Source: Rhizaria sp. SCN 62-66
Taxonomy: Eukaryota
Length of the DNA stretch: 63,283 nucleotides
Reading direction: 5' to 3'
Assembly: GCA_001724265.1 (NCBI GenBank)
Contig: MEDY01000003.1
Span: 124,001 to 187,283, forward strand
How positions within the stretch are numbered: the stretch's first letter is position 1; the number at the start of each line of letters is the position of its first letter. The translations under genes and the position numbers were made by a program. Under the pieces are notes generated by a model. That model was given only the letters and a program-made list of their open reading frames with translations, was not told the DNA's origin and searched no databases. Below, in pieces: positions 13,321-25,466 of the stretch.

Positions 13321-15437
13321 TTAGAGCTTGGAGACCATCTCCTGCGACACCTTGTGCACGGCGTCCGCGAAGGCGGCCACGGCGCGGGGCTCGTGTGTGG
13401 GCAGCATGCCGTGGCCGAGGTTGGCGATGTACCGCGAGGGGCCGAAGGCGCGAACCATCTTCTCGGTGACGGTCGCGATCACGTCGTCCGTGCCGAAGAA
13501 CGCGCCGGGGTCCAGCGAGCCCTGCGACGAAGAAAAAAGAAAAAACAAAACAAAAATGAAAATACGCATCAAAAAAGATATGAGTGCGATGCAATGCAAT
13601 GCCAAACAATACACATCATAGAAATAGACAGATACATCGTTAAACATCGATTGTTGACTAAAGCAGGCGTTATCGAAGCGGTTCACGAGCGAGCCTCTCG
13701 CCGTCGTGTGCGCGCGTACCTGAAGCGTAACAGAGCGCGTGGCCTTGGGATCCACGGCGCCCGTCGCGCGGTCGATGCCGCGCTTGGCGTACTTGACGGC
13801 CATGGGGCAGTCGAGCGCCAGAGAAGGGGAGTCGGCCAGCGCGCGCGCCTGTTGCGGGGTGATAATGTTGTCGATCGCGAACGTGTCGTACTCGGTCGCC
13901 GCAAGCCACGAGAGGGCGTAGCCGGCGCCTGTAAAGCAAGTGGAAACCAGAAGAGCAATAAACACAAGTTGGTTGGGTGAGAACTTGACACGTGCACATT
14001 TTGAGTCACAACAGACTAGAACTTTAGCACCAGCAAGATAACCTTTAAAACACACACACATACGCGTAGAATGAGATAATAATTCCACGACATTCAGATG
14101 CCAAGATGGAGTTCGACGTACGGCGGGGGAAGCAGGTGATGGGGATGTCGTCGTCCTCGACGGCGGGCGCCGCGGCGTCGAGCACGCTGTGAGTGGTGAT
14201 CTGCGACTTGACGCCCGCCTCGCGCAGGGCCGTCTTGACGCGGCTCGCAATCTGCGCCAGGTAGGGCAGCGCGAACTCTGCATGAGTCCGAAAAAGCAAG
14301 ACAAAGAAAGCCAACCATAAGCTGGAGTGAGCATTGATAGGCGTGTTACCCGAAGAATGTTATCATAAATGGAAACGAAGCAAACATGTGACATTACAAC
14401 AAACAGAAACTTCGAGCCCAGATAGCGTAGACAGGAGATGTTATAACCCATTTAAATGCGACATGAGTTCATATGTTGGAAGCAATCCCGTACCCTTAAA
14501 GAGGTCGGGCGTCAGCTCGCCGGCGTGTGACTCGAAGACCTGAAGCATCTGCGCGCCGGCCTTGGCCTGGCCGACGAGGAACTCGACGCACACGTCCGTG
14601 ATGCGCTGCAGCATCTGATGCGACTCCTGCGGGAAGTTGTACAGCCAGGTGAGCGAGTGTTGGTAGGTGCGGGAGCCGCGGCCGTCGGTCATGTAGGAGA
14701 AGAGAGTCCAGGGCGCGCCGACGAAACCGATGAGCGGGACGCGGCCACCGAGCGCGTGGCGGGTCACGCAGATGGCGTCGTAAACGTAGCCCAGCGCGGC
14801 GTCAACGTCAACGTCAGCGCGGATGCGCGCCATGTCGGCGACGGTGCGCACGGGCTCGGGCAGCACGGGGCCCTCGGCCTCGCGCATCTGCACCTCGAGC
14901 CCCAGCGCCTGCAGCACGACCAGGATGTCGGAGAAGATGATCGAGCAGTCGAGCCCCGGGAAGCGATCGATGGGCTGCACCGTCACCTCGCGCGCGAGCG
15001 ACGGGGAGCGGCACACGGCGAAGAAGCCGTGCTGCGCGCGGACGGCACGGAACTCGGGCAGGTAGCGGCCAGCCTGGCGGTGCAGCCACACAGGCACCAT
15101 GTCCACGGGCAGGCCCTTGGCGGCGCGCAGGACGCGCTCGTTCGTCAGCGCGGGGAAGGGCTTCTGTGCGGCGAGGAGAGCGCGCAGTGGTGTGTGGCGT
15201 CATATGCGTTTGTGGTAGCGTGGTTTATGGTTAGGAGAGATAGTGCAGAGGAGCGGTGATGAGAGAGGGCAAGAGGGATACGGTGCGATTTGAAGGCATA
15301 GACGATGCACGAGCATAATATAACACCGAGGTTGGGAATATAATAAGTCAATATATTGTAGAGCCGCGTTGACGTACGGCCTTGCACTCGGCGACGAGCT
15401 TCTCGTCGTCCTCGGAATAGACAACCTTGTCAGACAT
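13321..15437 (-). CDS. UROD: Uroporphyrinogen decarboxylase
   Basis: Exons 15437-15378, 15163-14494, 14277-14122, 13928-13720, 13521-13321 with consistent phases. Motifs PVWLHRQAGRYLPEF, IIFSDIL, IGFVGAPWTL, QVFESHAG, YIANLGHGM. Ends TAA. Confidence 0.95.
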
Positions 15438-15783
15438 TAGCAGGTGTGGTCTGCAAAGAGCGAAAATAGGCGTAGAGACAGGAATACAACGTGTAAGGAA
15501 GTGTAATATTGATATAATTCATGTTGTTTCGTATAAAATATCAACGGAGTGAATTTGGCGGCGTTGTCGGAAAGAATGCGTATATCGTAAACCATTCCGA
15601 AGTCCCGACACGACCCCCCCAGTCACGCCACTAACGTGCAACACTTCCTCTTAGGATCTTATTGGGACATAAACAAGGTTTTACGAACTTTTTAAGGCAG
15701 TCCAGGCAACTGAACAGAGTTAGTTAGCGTTTTTGTGCTATTTATCTGTGCAGGGTGTTATATCTGCTACGTGTACACGCCCG

Positions 15784-18135
15784 ATGGCAGGTCATGCTGT
15801 GTCAGCTGGTGGCATCAAGCCGACCAACAGCAGCAACAAGACCAACGCTGTTGTTCTGACGCTGGGTGTTCTCGTCATCCTCGTCAGTATCCTCGTCGGC
15901 GCACAACGCCAGATTCTTGCCAAGCTTACCGCGCTTGCCCCTGAGCCTTACATGGTCCGTACCCATCCTCTTTGCAATGCTCCCCGCTCAGATATCACAT
16001 ATGGTCGCAATCCGATACAAGTCGGAATCCCTCGATATACACAACTCATGGCTTCGTGATACTGCATGTGTATGCTTTTATAGGACGAAATCTTCCACAT
16101 TCCGCAGACGCAGGCCTATTGTGCGGGTCTCTGGCGCCACTGGGACTCCAAGATCACCACCCTGCCCGGCCTGTACCTGTTCGCGGTCGCCTTCTCCAAG
16201 CTCGCCACGGCGGTGCACAGCCTCGCGCCCGCGCTCGCAGCGCCGCTGCTCGCACCGGGGGAGGCTGCGCCCGTGGCCGGGTTTTGCTCGGTGTTCGTGC
16301 TGCGGTCCGTCAACACGCTCTTCGCCGCGGCGACGGCCGTGATCGTCTTCCTCCTCCTCAGGAAGCTACACTACTCCCCCAGCGGCAGCGGCGGCGACCG
16401 AGCGTCCGAGGGCGCCGCCGCCGTGCGTGCCGAGGGCGGGACGGCGTTTGGCGCGGTGATGCTGCTGCTGCGGGCCGCACACGTGCTGCTGTTGCCGACG
16501 CACGCGTTCTTCTATTCGCTGTTTTACACCGACGCGGGTGCCGTGTTCTTCGTGCTGCTGACGTACTACCTCAGCGTGCTCGCCACCGACAAGCACATCG
16601 AGCTCTGCCGCGTCGGACAGGCACTGCGGTTACATAACATGTCGAGCCAGGGTCAGAGTCAGGATCAAAACAAGAAAGCTGATGCAACAGTCACTGTTAC
16701 TTTCACTTCTCGGCTTTGCTATGTTTTTTTGGCCGTGTCGTGCGGTGTCGCAGGCGCTGTTTCCGTGTTATTCCGCCAAACTAACGTCGTGTGGGCTGGG
16801 TTCATTCTTGCCCTCTCACTCATTCGCACTCTCACCGCCACCACGAGCGACAATACGTCAGTTGAGTCGAATTCAAGCTCTAGTTCTCTCTCGGACTCGA
16901 ACTCCAACTCGAACTCACGCGTCAGCTCACAGGCCCAGTCCCCATCGACTCTGCTGACCGAGATGCCCCTGTGGCAGCAGCCCTTCTTGCTCCTGCGCGC
17001 CCTCCTGTCCCGTCCCGCGCTGCTGCTGCTGCATCAGCTGCCCCTGCTTGCGGTCGTCGCAGCCTTCGGCGTCTTCGTCCAGGTCAACGGCGGCATCACG
17101 GTCGGCGACAAGGAGAACCACGTCGCCGGGCTCCACCTCATGCAGCCTTGGTATCTTGCGCTTTTCACGCTCTCGGCTGTGTCGCCCGCCGCCGTGCTCA
17201 CGGTCTTTGTGAACGTCATCAACACGGTCATGACGTTGCCGGGCCCACAAGTCGACGCACAGCAGGTGAACAATGCCGAAAACAAAGGCAACAATACCAA
17301 GAATGCAATTGAAGCGAGGAGTCTCAAGTCCGTGCTGTTTATTATCGCTTTTATAGTTGTTCTGACAGTTGTTGCAGTGATTTGCGCGCGCTACGGGACC
17401 GTTGTTCACGTCTTCATCCTCGCTGACAACAGGCACCTGCCGTTTTACCTCTACCGCCGCCTCTGGGGCCTCTGGTGGTGGGTCAAGTATGCGCTTGCTC
17501 CCATGTACGCCGTGTGCGCAGTGCTTATCGACCGCACACTTAACGCCACCCACGCCATTAACACGGATATTTCAAACGGCGGAGCCAAGAACGGCGAGAA
17601 TAAGAATGCTGCGACGGTCACCGAACACTCCCACGTGGCTGTGGCGACTTCGCCGCTGGTGCGCGTGCTGTTTTACCTGGCATGCGCGGCGGCACTGGTG
17701 CCTTCTCCGCTGGTCGAGTTCCGCTACTTCACGCTGCCATGGTTCTGGGTCGCGCTGCACCAGCCGCTGCTCATGTGCTCGCAGCTGCTGCCGTGCGCGC
17801 AGCCGCAGTCGTGCGCTGCGCAATCATCGTCGCAACCACGGGCTTGTAGCGTGCAGTCGCAGTTGCCGTCCGTTCGCGGTGCACAGTCAGCCGGAGACGA
17901 GAGGAAGAGTGCCGATGCGTCTGAGTCTGCAGCGAACAAGAACATGAACAGTAGCAACGCCGTCGCCGCCGCTGCTTGCGCTAGCCCGAATACCAACGGT
18001 CTCGCGCTCGTCCAGCTCGTCATCTCGGTGCTCTGGCTGTTCCTGTTCGTGGTCGTCAACGCGGCGGCGTGGTATGTGTTCCTCTACAAGCCCTTCACCT
18101 GGCCCGACGGCTCCGTGGCGCGCTTCATGTGGTGA
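15784..18135 (+). CDS. ALG10: Dol-P-Glc alpha-1,2-glucosyltransferase (ALG10/DIE2)
   Basis: Exons 15784-15954 and 16084-18135 join as PEPYM|DEIFHIPQTQAYC. Motifs WDSKITTLPGLY, FYTD, FRQTNVVW, NGGITVGDKENH, FILADNRH, PSPLVEFRYF, terminal RFMW; many hydrophobic segments. Ends TGA. Confidence 0.94.
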
Positions 18136-18376
18136 GTCAAGTCACTGCCAGTCAAGCTTGGGTTACCTAGAGTGTGAGAGTGTGTTACTGTGTAACTGTT
18201 GTCAGGAGTTTGGGTCATGTTCGGAAAATATTGAGTTTATTAAAGTGTAATAAAATCGTTACTATTTAGCAATTGGTTATTTCACCAAGAATATCACATA
18301 TTCTCACTGATATCACAACTTATTAAAGTGTGTACAAAGTATTCATCGTCGCCATCGTTAAAAGTAAAGGTTGTGC

Positions 18377-21300
18377 TTACTGCAAGGGCACTGCAGTCTC
18401 TTGGAACATGTGAACGGACTTAAGCGCAGACGCACACACAAACGCAGCCGCGCCGCCGTTCTGTGCAAGATTACTGTTTGCACGGTGGCTACTGAGGGGG
18501 CGGATGCACGTCCACTTCTCCCCACCCACACTGGCGCTACCCAGTCCGGCCGGGGTACTTAGACTGGGCGGGTCGGTCCAGTCGTACAGCACGTCGCCCG
18601 AGGCGGGGGAGAGACTCGCGATCTGGCCAGTGAAGGCCGCCGCAAGCACCGCAGTCCTGTCACTTGCACTCGCACTGTTGAGCCGAGAGCTAGAGTTCGC
18701 GTTGGCCTTGCTGCTGTAGTTGTTGTAGAGCGAGTGCGTGAGGGCAGAGAGCTTAAGCAGCTGCAGAGACCTGACGTCGACGCCGCCAAAGCTGTTGCGC
18801 CAGATCAGGCCCGTCGGAGTGTCGCCGACAACAGGGGCGCTGACAGCAGAACCCCCCTTCGATGCGGCGGTGTGCATGGGCGTGGTGCTGTAGCGCGGGC
18901 TGGTGTAAGTGCCCCAGCCCCTTAGATCCCAGCACTGCACGCTGCCATCGGCGTGTCCAGTATACAAGCACAGCGCAGCGCCGCCGTCACCGCCGCCGTT
19001 GGAGTCATTTGTGGTGAGAACGATCGACGAGAGCGGGTCGCACTGAGGAGTCGACCATACCGGCGACGTGCCTGCGCAGAAACGATCAAAGAATTGAACA
19101 TACAATCATATATGTAATAGTTCTAGTGAGATTAAGCAATACCACACAATACCGATTGATACACGTGACAATTAAGCTTGTAACTATTTTAAGTTTATAT
19201 TCGCAAATTAGTTCGAGATTGATAACGTACCGGCCCTGCAGTCCCAGAGTAGCCCGCGCCCGTCTGCACCGGCCGTGGCCACGACTGCTGGCGCCGCGCC
19301 GCAAACGGCGACGTCGAACACGGCCCCCGCGTGACCGCGGAAGACTGCGACGCCGGCGCGCTCGAAGGCGGTCAGCGAGGCCGGGAGCCCAGAGGCGGCG
19401 GCGGCGTCGACCGCGGCCGGGGAGGCGAAGCGCGCGCGCGAACAGTCCCACAGGCGCAGTTCGTTGTCGCCCGCGCCCGCCGTGTAGAGCAGGCCGGCCG
19501 AGCGCGGCTGGAAGGCCACGGCGCGCACCGTGGCTAAACAAGTCAATACGCAGCAAATACAAGAAAGCAAGTGGGAGGATGAGTGTTAAGCAAACATAAA
19601 CTAAAGGAAATATGGTGTTGCGAACATAATCAAATTGTTGCTCATGTTCAATGTTACGATGTTACGTACCGGTGTGTGCGTGCAAGTTAGCTTGCTCCGC
19701 GAAATACGGCTCCAGCTCCCGCAGCACGTCATCGCTCTCATCCTCCTCATTCTCAGCCACGTCACCATCAGCAGCATTCACACTCTTACCCTTGGCCTTG
19801 TTAGTCGGCGTCTTAGGTTTGCCGCCCTTCGTGCCAGCCTTGACCGCAGCAGTAGTGCCTGCGCTGGCGGAGTTGGTGGTGCTATTGACTGGAGCCCCGG
19901 CGCGGACCACGGTCACCTTGACCACGGGGTGATTCGACGAGCAGGCCATGAGCCCCAACGCCGACGCGTCGCTGTACAACGCGCGCGACGGGCCCGTGCC
20001 AGGCGCGCTCACAGTCCCACTCGCACTCGCAACATTGACGGCGCTGCTCGACTTGGAAGTCTTCGTGTTGTTGTTGGGGGTGGTGACGACGTCAGGGGGA
20101 ATGTAGCCCGCAGCGGCAAAAACGACGCTGTTGGCGTTGGCTCGCGCGCCCTTAGACGGGGTAGACTTGTTAGCCGGGGTACTTACACTGGTGGCACTTA
20201 CACCAGCGATGGGCCGTTGGAGCGCGAGTGAGTAGATTGAGCCGTGGTGGAAGTCAACGTACTTACGCACCACAGAGGCACTTACACCAGTACTTACATT
20301 AGAGCTACTCGAGGAAGGGCTGAGACGGCAGATACTCACTTCCTTGTTGTTATTGCCAACAAACAGCCATTGCTTCAGGTTGACGTCACTCTTGCCGCCC
20401 TTGCTCTTCGCAACTGCGCCCTTCGCCGTGTTGGGGCTGGAGCTGGGGTTGGGGTTGGCCTCTGCGTCCGAGTCTGAATCCGACTCGGGGAACAGAGCGA
20501 GCGCGCGCACGGGGGCCTTGAGACCGCTCATGAGCTTGCTGTGCTTGCTCACAGTCACCGTGTTCACCGTCGCTGTGCTCTAGCTCACGGCCACTGCGTC
20601 ATCGTTGCTCACGGTCGCTGTGTCAGTCGTGGCCCCAGCGGCTTTGTCATCTCTGCTCACAGTCAGCTTGCTCTCAGAACTCTTGAAGGCGCCGATATTA
20701 GCAAATGAAGTGTTGTTGTCGTTCAGAGGCGTCGCCAGCGTGTGCCTATGCGCGCTGCGTCTGCTGTCGTCGCCGTAATCATCGCCGCTGTCATCACCCT
20801 CGTCAGCCTCGCTCGTGTTGAGCGAACTCAGCGGCGGCCGCGACAGCGACGCAAAGCCGCCGCCTCTCGCAGCTCTCCCGTCTCTGCCGCCGCCGCCGGT
20901 CCCGCTCGCTGCTGCAGCGGTCGCGGCGGCGGCGGGGGATGTGACCGAGGCAGAGGCGGATGCAGCGGCAACCGCGGGGACGGTGACGGCTGCCTTCGTC
21001 GACACAAAAGTCGCAGAAGCAGGGTTTCTAGTGTTTGTGTTTGCAGCAGCGCTGTTGTTCGCGTTGTTCTGGCTAGGAATCGCGTCACAATCGCTTTCAC
21101 TGTCGCTCGCACCGGGCTGCTTCCTCCCGGTCTCGATCGCAGCAGACTGACCGTGAGCAGTGTCCGAGTGCCCGTGCGCCGCGTCCGAATGACCGTGGGC
21201 CGTGGAGATCGGTGTCCGGCGGCCCGCAATAACTGGGTCCAGTGCATGCGGGTAGCTGCTGAAGCTGCCGCTGACGCTCATGGCCGCACCCCCACTCGCA

Positions 21301-24300
21301 CTCGTCGTGCTACTCCCGGGGTCGCCGTTCGCGTTGCTGTTGTCACCGGTCGTCTTCGCATTGCTGTTGTTGGTGTTGTCTTTAGCAAAGCGGCTGCGAC
21401 GAGGCAGCGCGCCCGGAGCGGGACTCTGACCAGGAGCCGCCGTGGCAGTCGCACTTGCACCAACAGGCGCAGCGGTGGCAGCAGGAGCAGCAGATGCATT
21501 CGCACTTGCTGTTGCGCTAGAGCCGGTGCTGGGACTGCTGCTGCTCGCGCTACCACGAGTGCTGCTGCCGCTACCACTGTTGCTGTTGCTGCCGTTGAGC
21601 AAGGCGGCCGGGCCCAAGTCCAGTCCCAGCTCCTGTCCGATGTCGCGCTTGGACCGGGCCACGACCACGGCGCCCAGCGAGCCCGCGGGCGCCGGCGCCA
21701 GGGCCACGAGCGGCGACGGAAGCGCGCGCGCCGTGTCGCGGGCAGAAGGCTGGGCCGAAGGGGGGACTGTGTCGCGGTCACGTGCCGAGGGCTGGGCAGA
21801 GAGGGGGATGGAGCTGCTGCTCGAGCGGCGCTGCTGCTGCGGGCCCCGGTTGCTGCTGCTATTGGAACTACTGCTGCTGTTAGAGCTGCTGCTGGTGCTG
21901 TTGTTGTTGTTCTGTCGCTGAATAGCATCGTTGGCGGCGTGCCCGTTGGAGCCTGCGTCGTCGTCCTCGTCACGGTTGAGGCTGTGGCTCAGACTGGCGA
22001 TGTTCGCGACGCCGCTGTCGTCGCTGATGACGATCTTGTGCAGAGTGGCCGTGTGACGTTCGCTGTGACTCGCGCTGCCGTGGACAGTAAAGTTGTGCAG
22101 CGAGGCCCCGTGGTGGGCCGCAGCAGCGGCCCCCAAGGCACTGAGGCCGGCCGGCTCGATGGCACTTACACTGGGGTGCACGGGGGGCGTCACCGTCTCG
22201 GCGACGATCGTGCCCACATAAGTCCCCGTGCTCGGGCTAGGGCTGGGGCTGGAGAGGAGTAATCCTTTCATGGAGCTCCCGGTGCCAGCGGGAGGCGTGG
22301 CTGGACTCGGGCTGGAGAGGAGGGCCTTGAGGCCGGCGTCGTCGGCGCCAGCGGCCTCTGCCGCCATGACCAGGGCGCCGTTGGGGAGACTGTGGATGTG
22401 AGCGATGCTGCTTTGGCTGTGGTCAATGTCGTCGTTGTTGTCGCTGCCGGAGTGGTGATCGTTGGCACGGGGGAGATCAGTGGCAAGCAAAGACTTGAGG
22501 CCGCCGGCGCCCCACCGGCCAGTGTCGTTGAAGCCTGGCGCGGCTGCACTCGCACTCTCTGCCTCAGGGGCAGAGTCCAGAGTCGTATCGTCGTCGTCGC
22601 CGTTGTCGCCGTCATTGTTGTTAGGATTCGCGTTGTTGGTTCGAGAGTCGTCGTCAGAGATGTGGTCCTGGGGGGTGTAAGTGCCATTTGCAGTGTAACT
22701 ACCCTTCGCATCATCGTCGCCGTCGTCAATGTAGCCGTTGTTCTGCGTGTTGGCGCTGTTATAAGGCGTATGCGGCTAGCCCTTAGACTTGCAAGAAACG
22801 GATCGATTCACATCCTTCTCCGCCTTCACGTCTAAGGGGGTGTCAAAGCTGACAACTCCACGACTCCGCTGTTCGTTGCTGTTGTTGTTGTTACTGTTAG
22901 CTACATCGTCATTCGAGTCGTCCAAGTACCCCGACACGTTGTTCGCATCACCAGTGGCGTTAGAGTCAGCATTGTCATCATCATCAAAGTACTTGTTGTG
23001 CTCGCCAATGTAAGCGTTCGCATCAGAACCAGAGGCAGCAGCACCAGTAGCAGGAGCTGAGGCAATGCTGACGTCGCCGGCGTTCGAGACATCGACATCG
23101 CTGCAGTCTTTGTCATCATCGCGATCGTCATCGTCGTCATCGTTGCCGTAACCGTTGACAAAGGCATTGCCGTCGCCGTCCTAGTCCTCGTCGTCGTCAT
23201 ACTCGTCGTCATTGTTGTTGTTATTGTTGTTGTTGTTACTGTAGGAGCCGTTGACCTTGCGTCCCTTGCCCCTTAGACTCACCTCGAGCACGCCGCCACA
23301 ATACACGCCACTTAGATCCCCGCCGACACCCGCCGCGGAACCCTTAGATGGCTCCTGACCATCCTGTTCCTGGGAGTGCTGATGTGACTGAGTGTCCAGC
23401 TTCTGCTGCTGTTTCGCCAGCGCCCGGGCCCGCGCGGCGGCCACCTTGGCCTCCGCCACCGTCTCCGCCGACTGCAACACGTCAGCCAGCGCAATCAGCA
23501 CGCTCTCAGCGGCGCCTAGTCGGCCCCCAGGCACCGACCAGCCCGCGTAGGCGCCCGCGTACCCGCAGTCGCCGGCTAAGAGGGTACTTAGATCCGCGGG
23601 GTGAGTGCCCGGCGCGCGCACGGCGGCGGGCAGGCAAGCGCAGAGGGCCTCAAAGGCGGCGGGGGTCGGGGCGAGGCGCTTAAGGTCCTTGAGGCAGGCG
23701 ATGACGGCGGCGGTGAAGTCAGACAGCGACCAGAGCCCCGCCGCCGCGCTAGTCGCAGCACTCGAGCTCGACGCAGCAGAAGCAGAAGCGGAGGCTGGGG
23801 AAGCAAGAGAGAAGAGAGAGACGGGGACCGAGAAGGGCGGGGCAAAGCCGTGCGAGTCAACGAACGCGTTGTGGCGGGCCGAAATCGCTGTCACCGCCGC
23901 CGCGGCAGTCGCCTCTGCGTCAGGAGTGATGCTGGGGTTGGTGGCGGCTGCAGTGGCCTGGCTGATCGCAGCGAAGAGCAGCTCTGGCGTCAGATTGTTG
24001 TTGTTGTTGTCAGTGCTCTGTGACTGGCCGCTTAGCCCCCCCGAATGTAAGTACACCCTTACACAGTGCTCGGTGGCGACGTGCAGCATCTCGAGCAGCT
24101 GCTGCTCGCGCAAAGGGTAGAATACGCGCTCCCAGGCACGCGCCACGCCCTCGATGATCGGGAACCGCTTGCCCGCGTTGCTGTAGTTATGGTTATACTG
24201 GAAGCCCTGGCCATGTGTACTTCCCGGGTACCCGTGAGCGCCCCCACCAGTCGGACCCATGATACCGCTCATGTTGGCGCCGGCGCCGTCGCCGCTGGCG

Positions 24301-24926
24301 GTGGCATTGATGTGTCCGGCGGAAGTGGCGAGGAACGCCGTCTCGGAGGGATCGCGGAGCTCGCCAGACGCGGCCGTCAGCGCCACGCGCAAGCTGGCGT
24401 CGGCCTCGCGCCAGCGGCCGGAGAGAACGAGTGACCGCAGATGCGCCAGCTCGGGCCGCAGCACCGGCGCACCGGGCCCCGCCGCTGCACCAGCTGCGCC
24501 AGGAGTGGATTCGGTCTGGGCGCTCTCGTGGCCGCCCGAGGGCACAAGGAGGCTGGGCGGCAGCGCGGCGACGTCGACGACGCCAGACTCGCGCTCGAGC
24601 GCGGCGTGGGCCGCGAAGTGGCGGTGCGTGCGAAGCCACTTGAGCACGGCGCGAGTTTGCGTCGCGACAGAGGCGGACACCGCGGCACTGCCGCGCGCGC
24701 CAGGGCCGGAGCTGGGGGCCGAGCCAGAGCCGGAGCTAGAGTTCGAGCTGGAGCTGGAGCTGGAGCTGGAGCTGGAGGTCGCAGTGGCGGGGGCTGCGGC
24801 GGCGCGGGGGGGCGGGGCAGGGCCGTGGCTGTTGGGGCCGGGGCTCGTACCGCCCGATGTGTTGACACCGTCGGGAGTGTTGTTTACGGCGCCAGGCCCG
24901 CCGTAAACGGCAGGATAAGGCGGCAT
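18377..24926 (-). CDS. WDR47: WDR47/nemitin-like LisH-CTLH-WD40 protein (~2084 aa) with three in-frame TAG codons
   Basis: Exons 24926-19670, 19533-19231, 19071-18377. N-terminal LisH/CTLH-like (VLKWLRTHRHFAAHAALERESGV; ELAHLRSLVLSGRWREA); C-terminal WD40s (FHHGSIYSL, HTATVRAVAF, FRGHAGAV, TGHADGSVQCWD). Exon 1 stays in one frame through TAG at 23183-23181, 22778-22776 and 20582-20580. Ends TAA. Confidence 0.78.
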
Positions 24927-25466
24927 GGGATTGTGCTAGAGTGTGGGAGTGTGTTGGGTGGGTTGAGTCTGGGCGTGGGGTGTTTGAAATGAGAGACCGT
25001 GTTGTGAGTCGGTATCGTCCAAAGAGTGTGCCAATTGAAATGTAAAAAGAGGAAAAGATACAAGTTTATATAAAATTATTGTATGTATCAAATTGAACGC
25101 TGTTGACGATCGGGATGAGTCGAGTGTGGTCGTTTTTACTGGGCACTAAGCCTCCCACTCCCTGCTGGCTACCAACAAACCCGACTGGCTTCGCAGACTG
25201 CCGACTTGTTCGTTTCAGATAAGACGCCAAATGACCGTCACTGCGCATATTTCCCTTAAGTCATTAAATATTAGTGTTGTTGTGCAATGATCACACAATT
25301 ATGTTGTATGAAATGACCTTTGTGATGTACATCTCGCAGTCTCCGCACGCACCCACTCCAGATGCTCTTCGCTCTCAGTCTCTCACTTATCTACACTGCA
25401 ACCGAACCTTCACTCACCTCACATCTCTTTCTCGCCGCGATGTGTTGCTATCTTTAGACCGGCGCT

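Noticed and set aside
20580-23202. Tiny introns ending at the in-frame TAGs (e.g. GTATGA...TAG 22 nt at 23202-23181; GTGAGCTAG 9 nt at 20588-20580)
   Set aside because: Too short or frame-shifting, no pyrimidine tract, and unlike the 77-388 nt AT-rich introns seen elsewhere.
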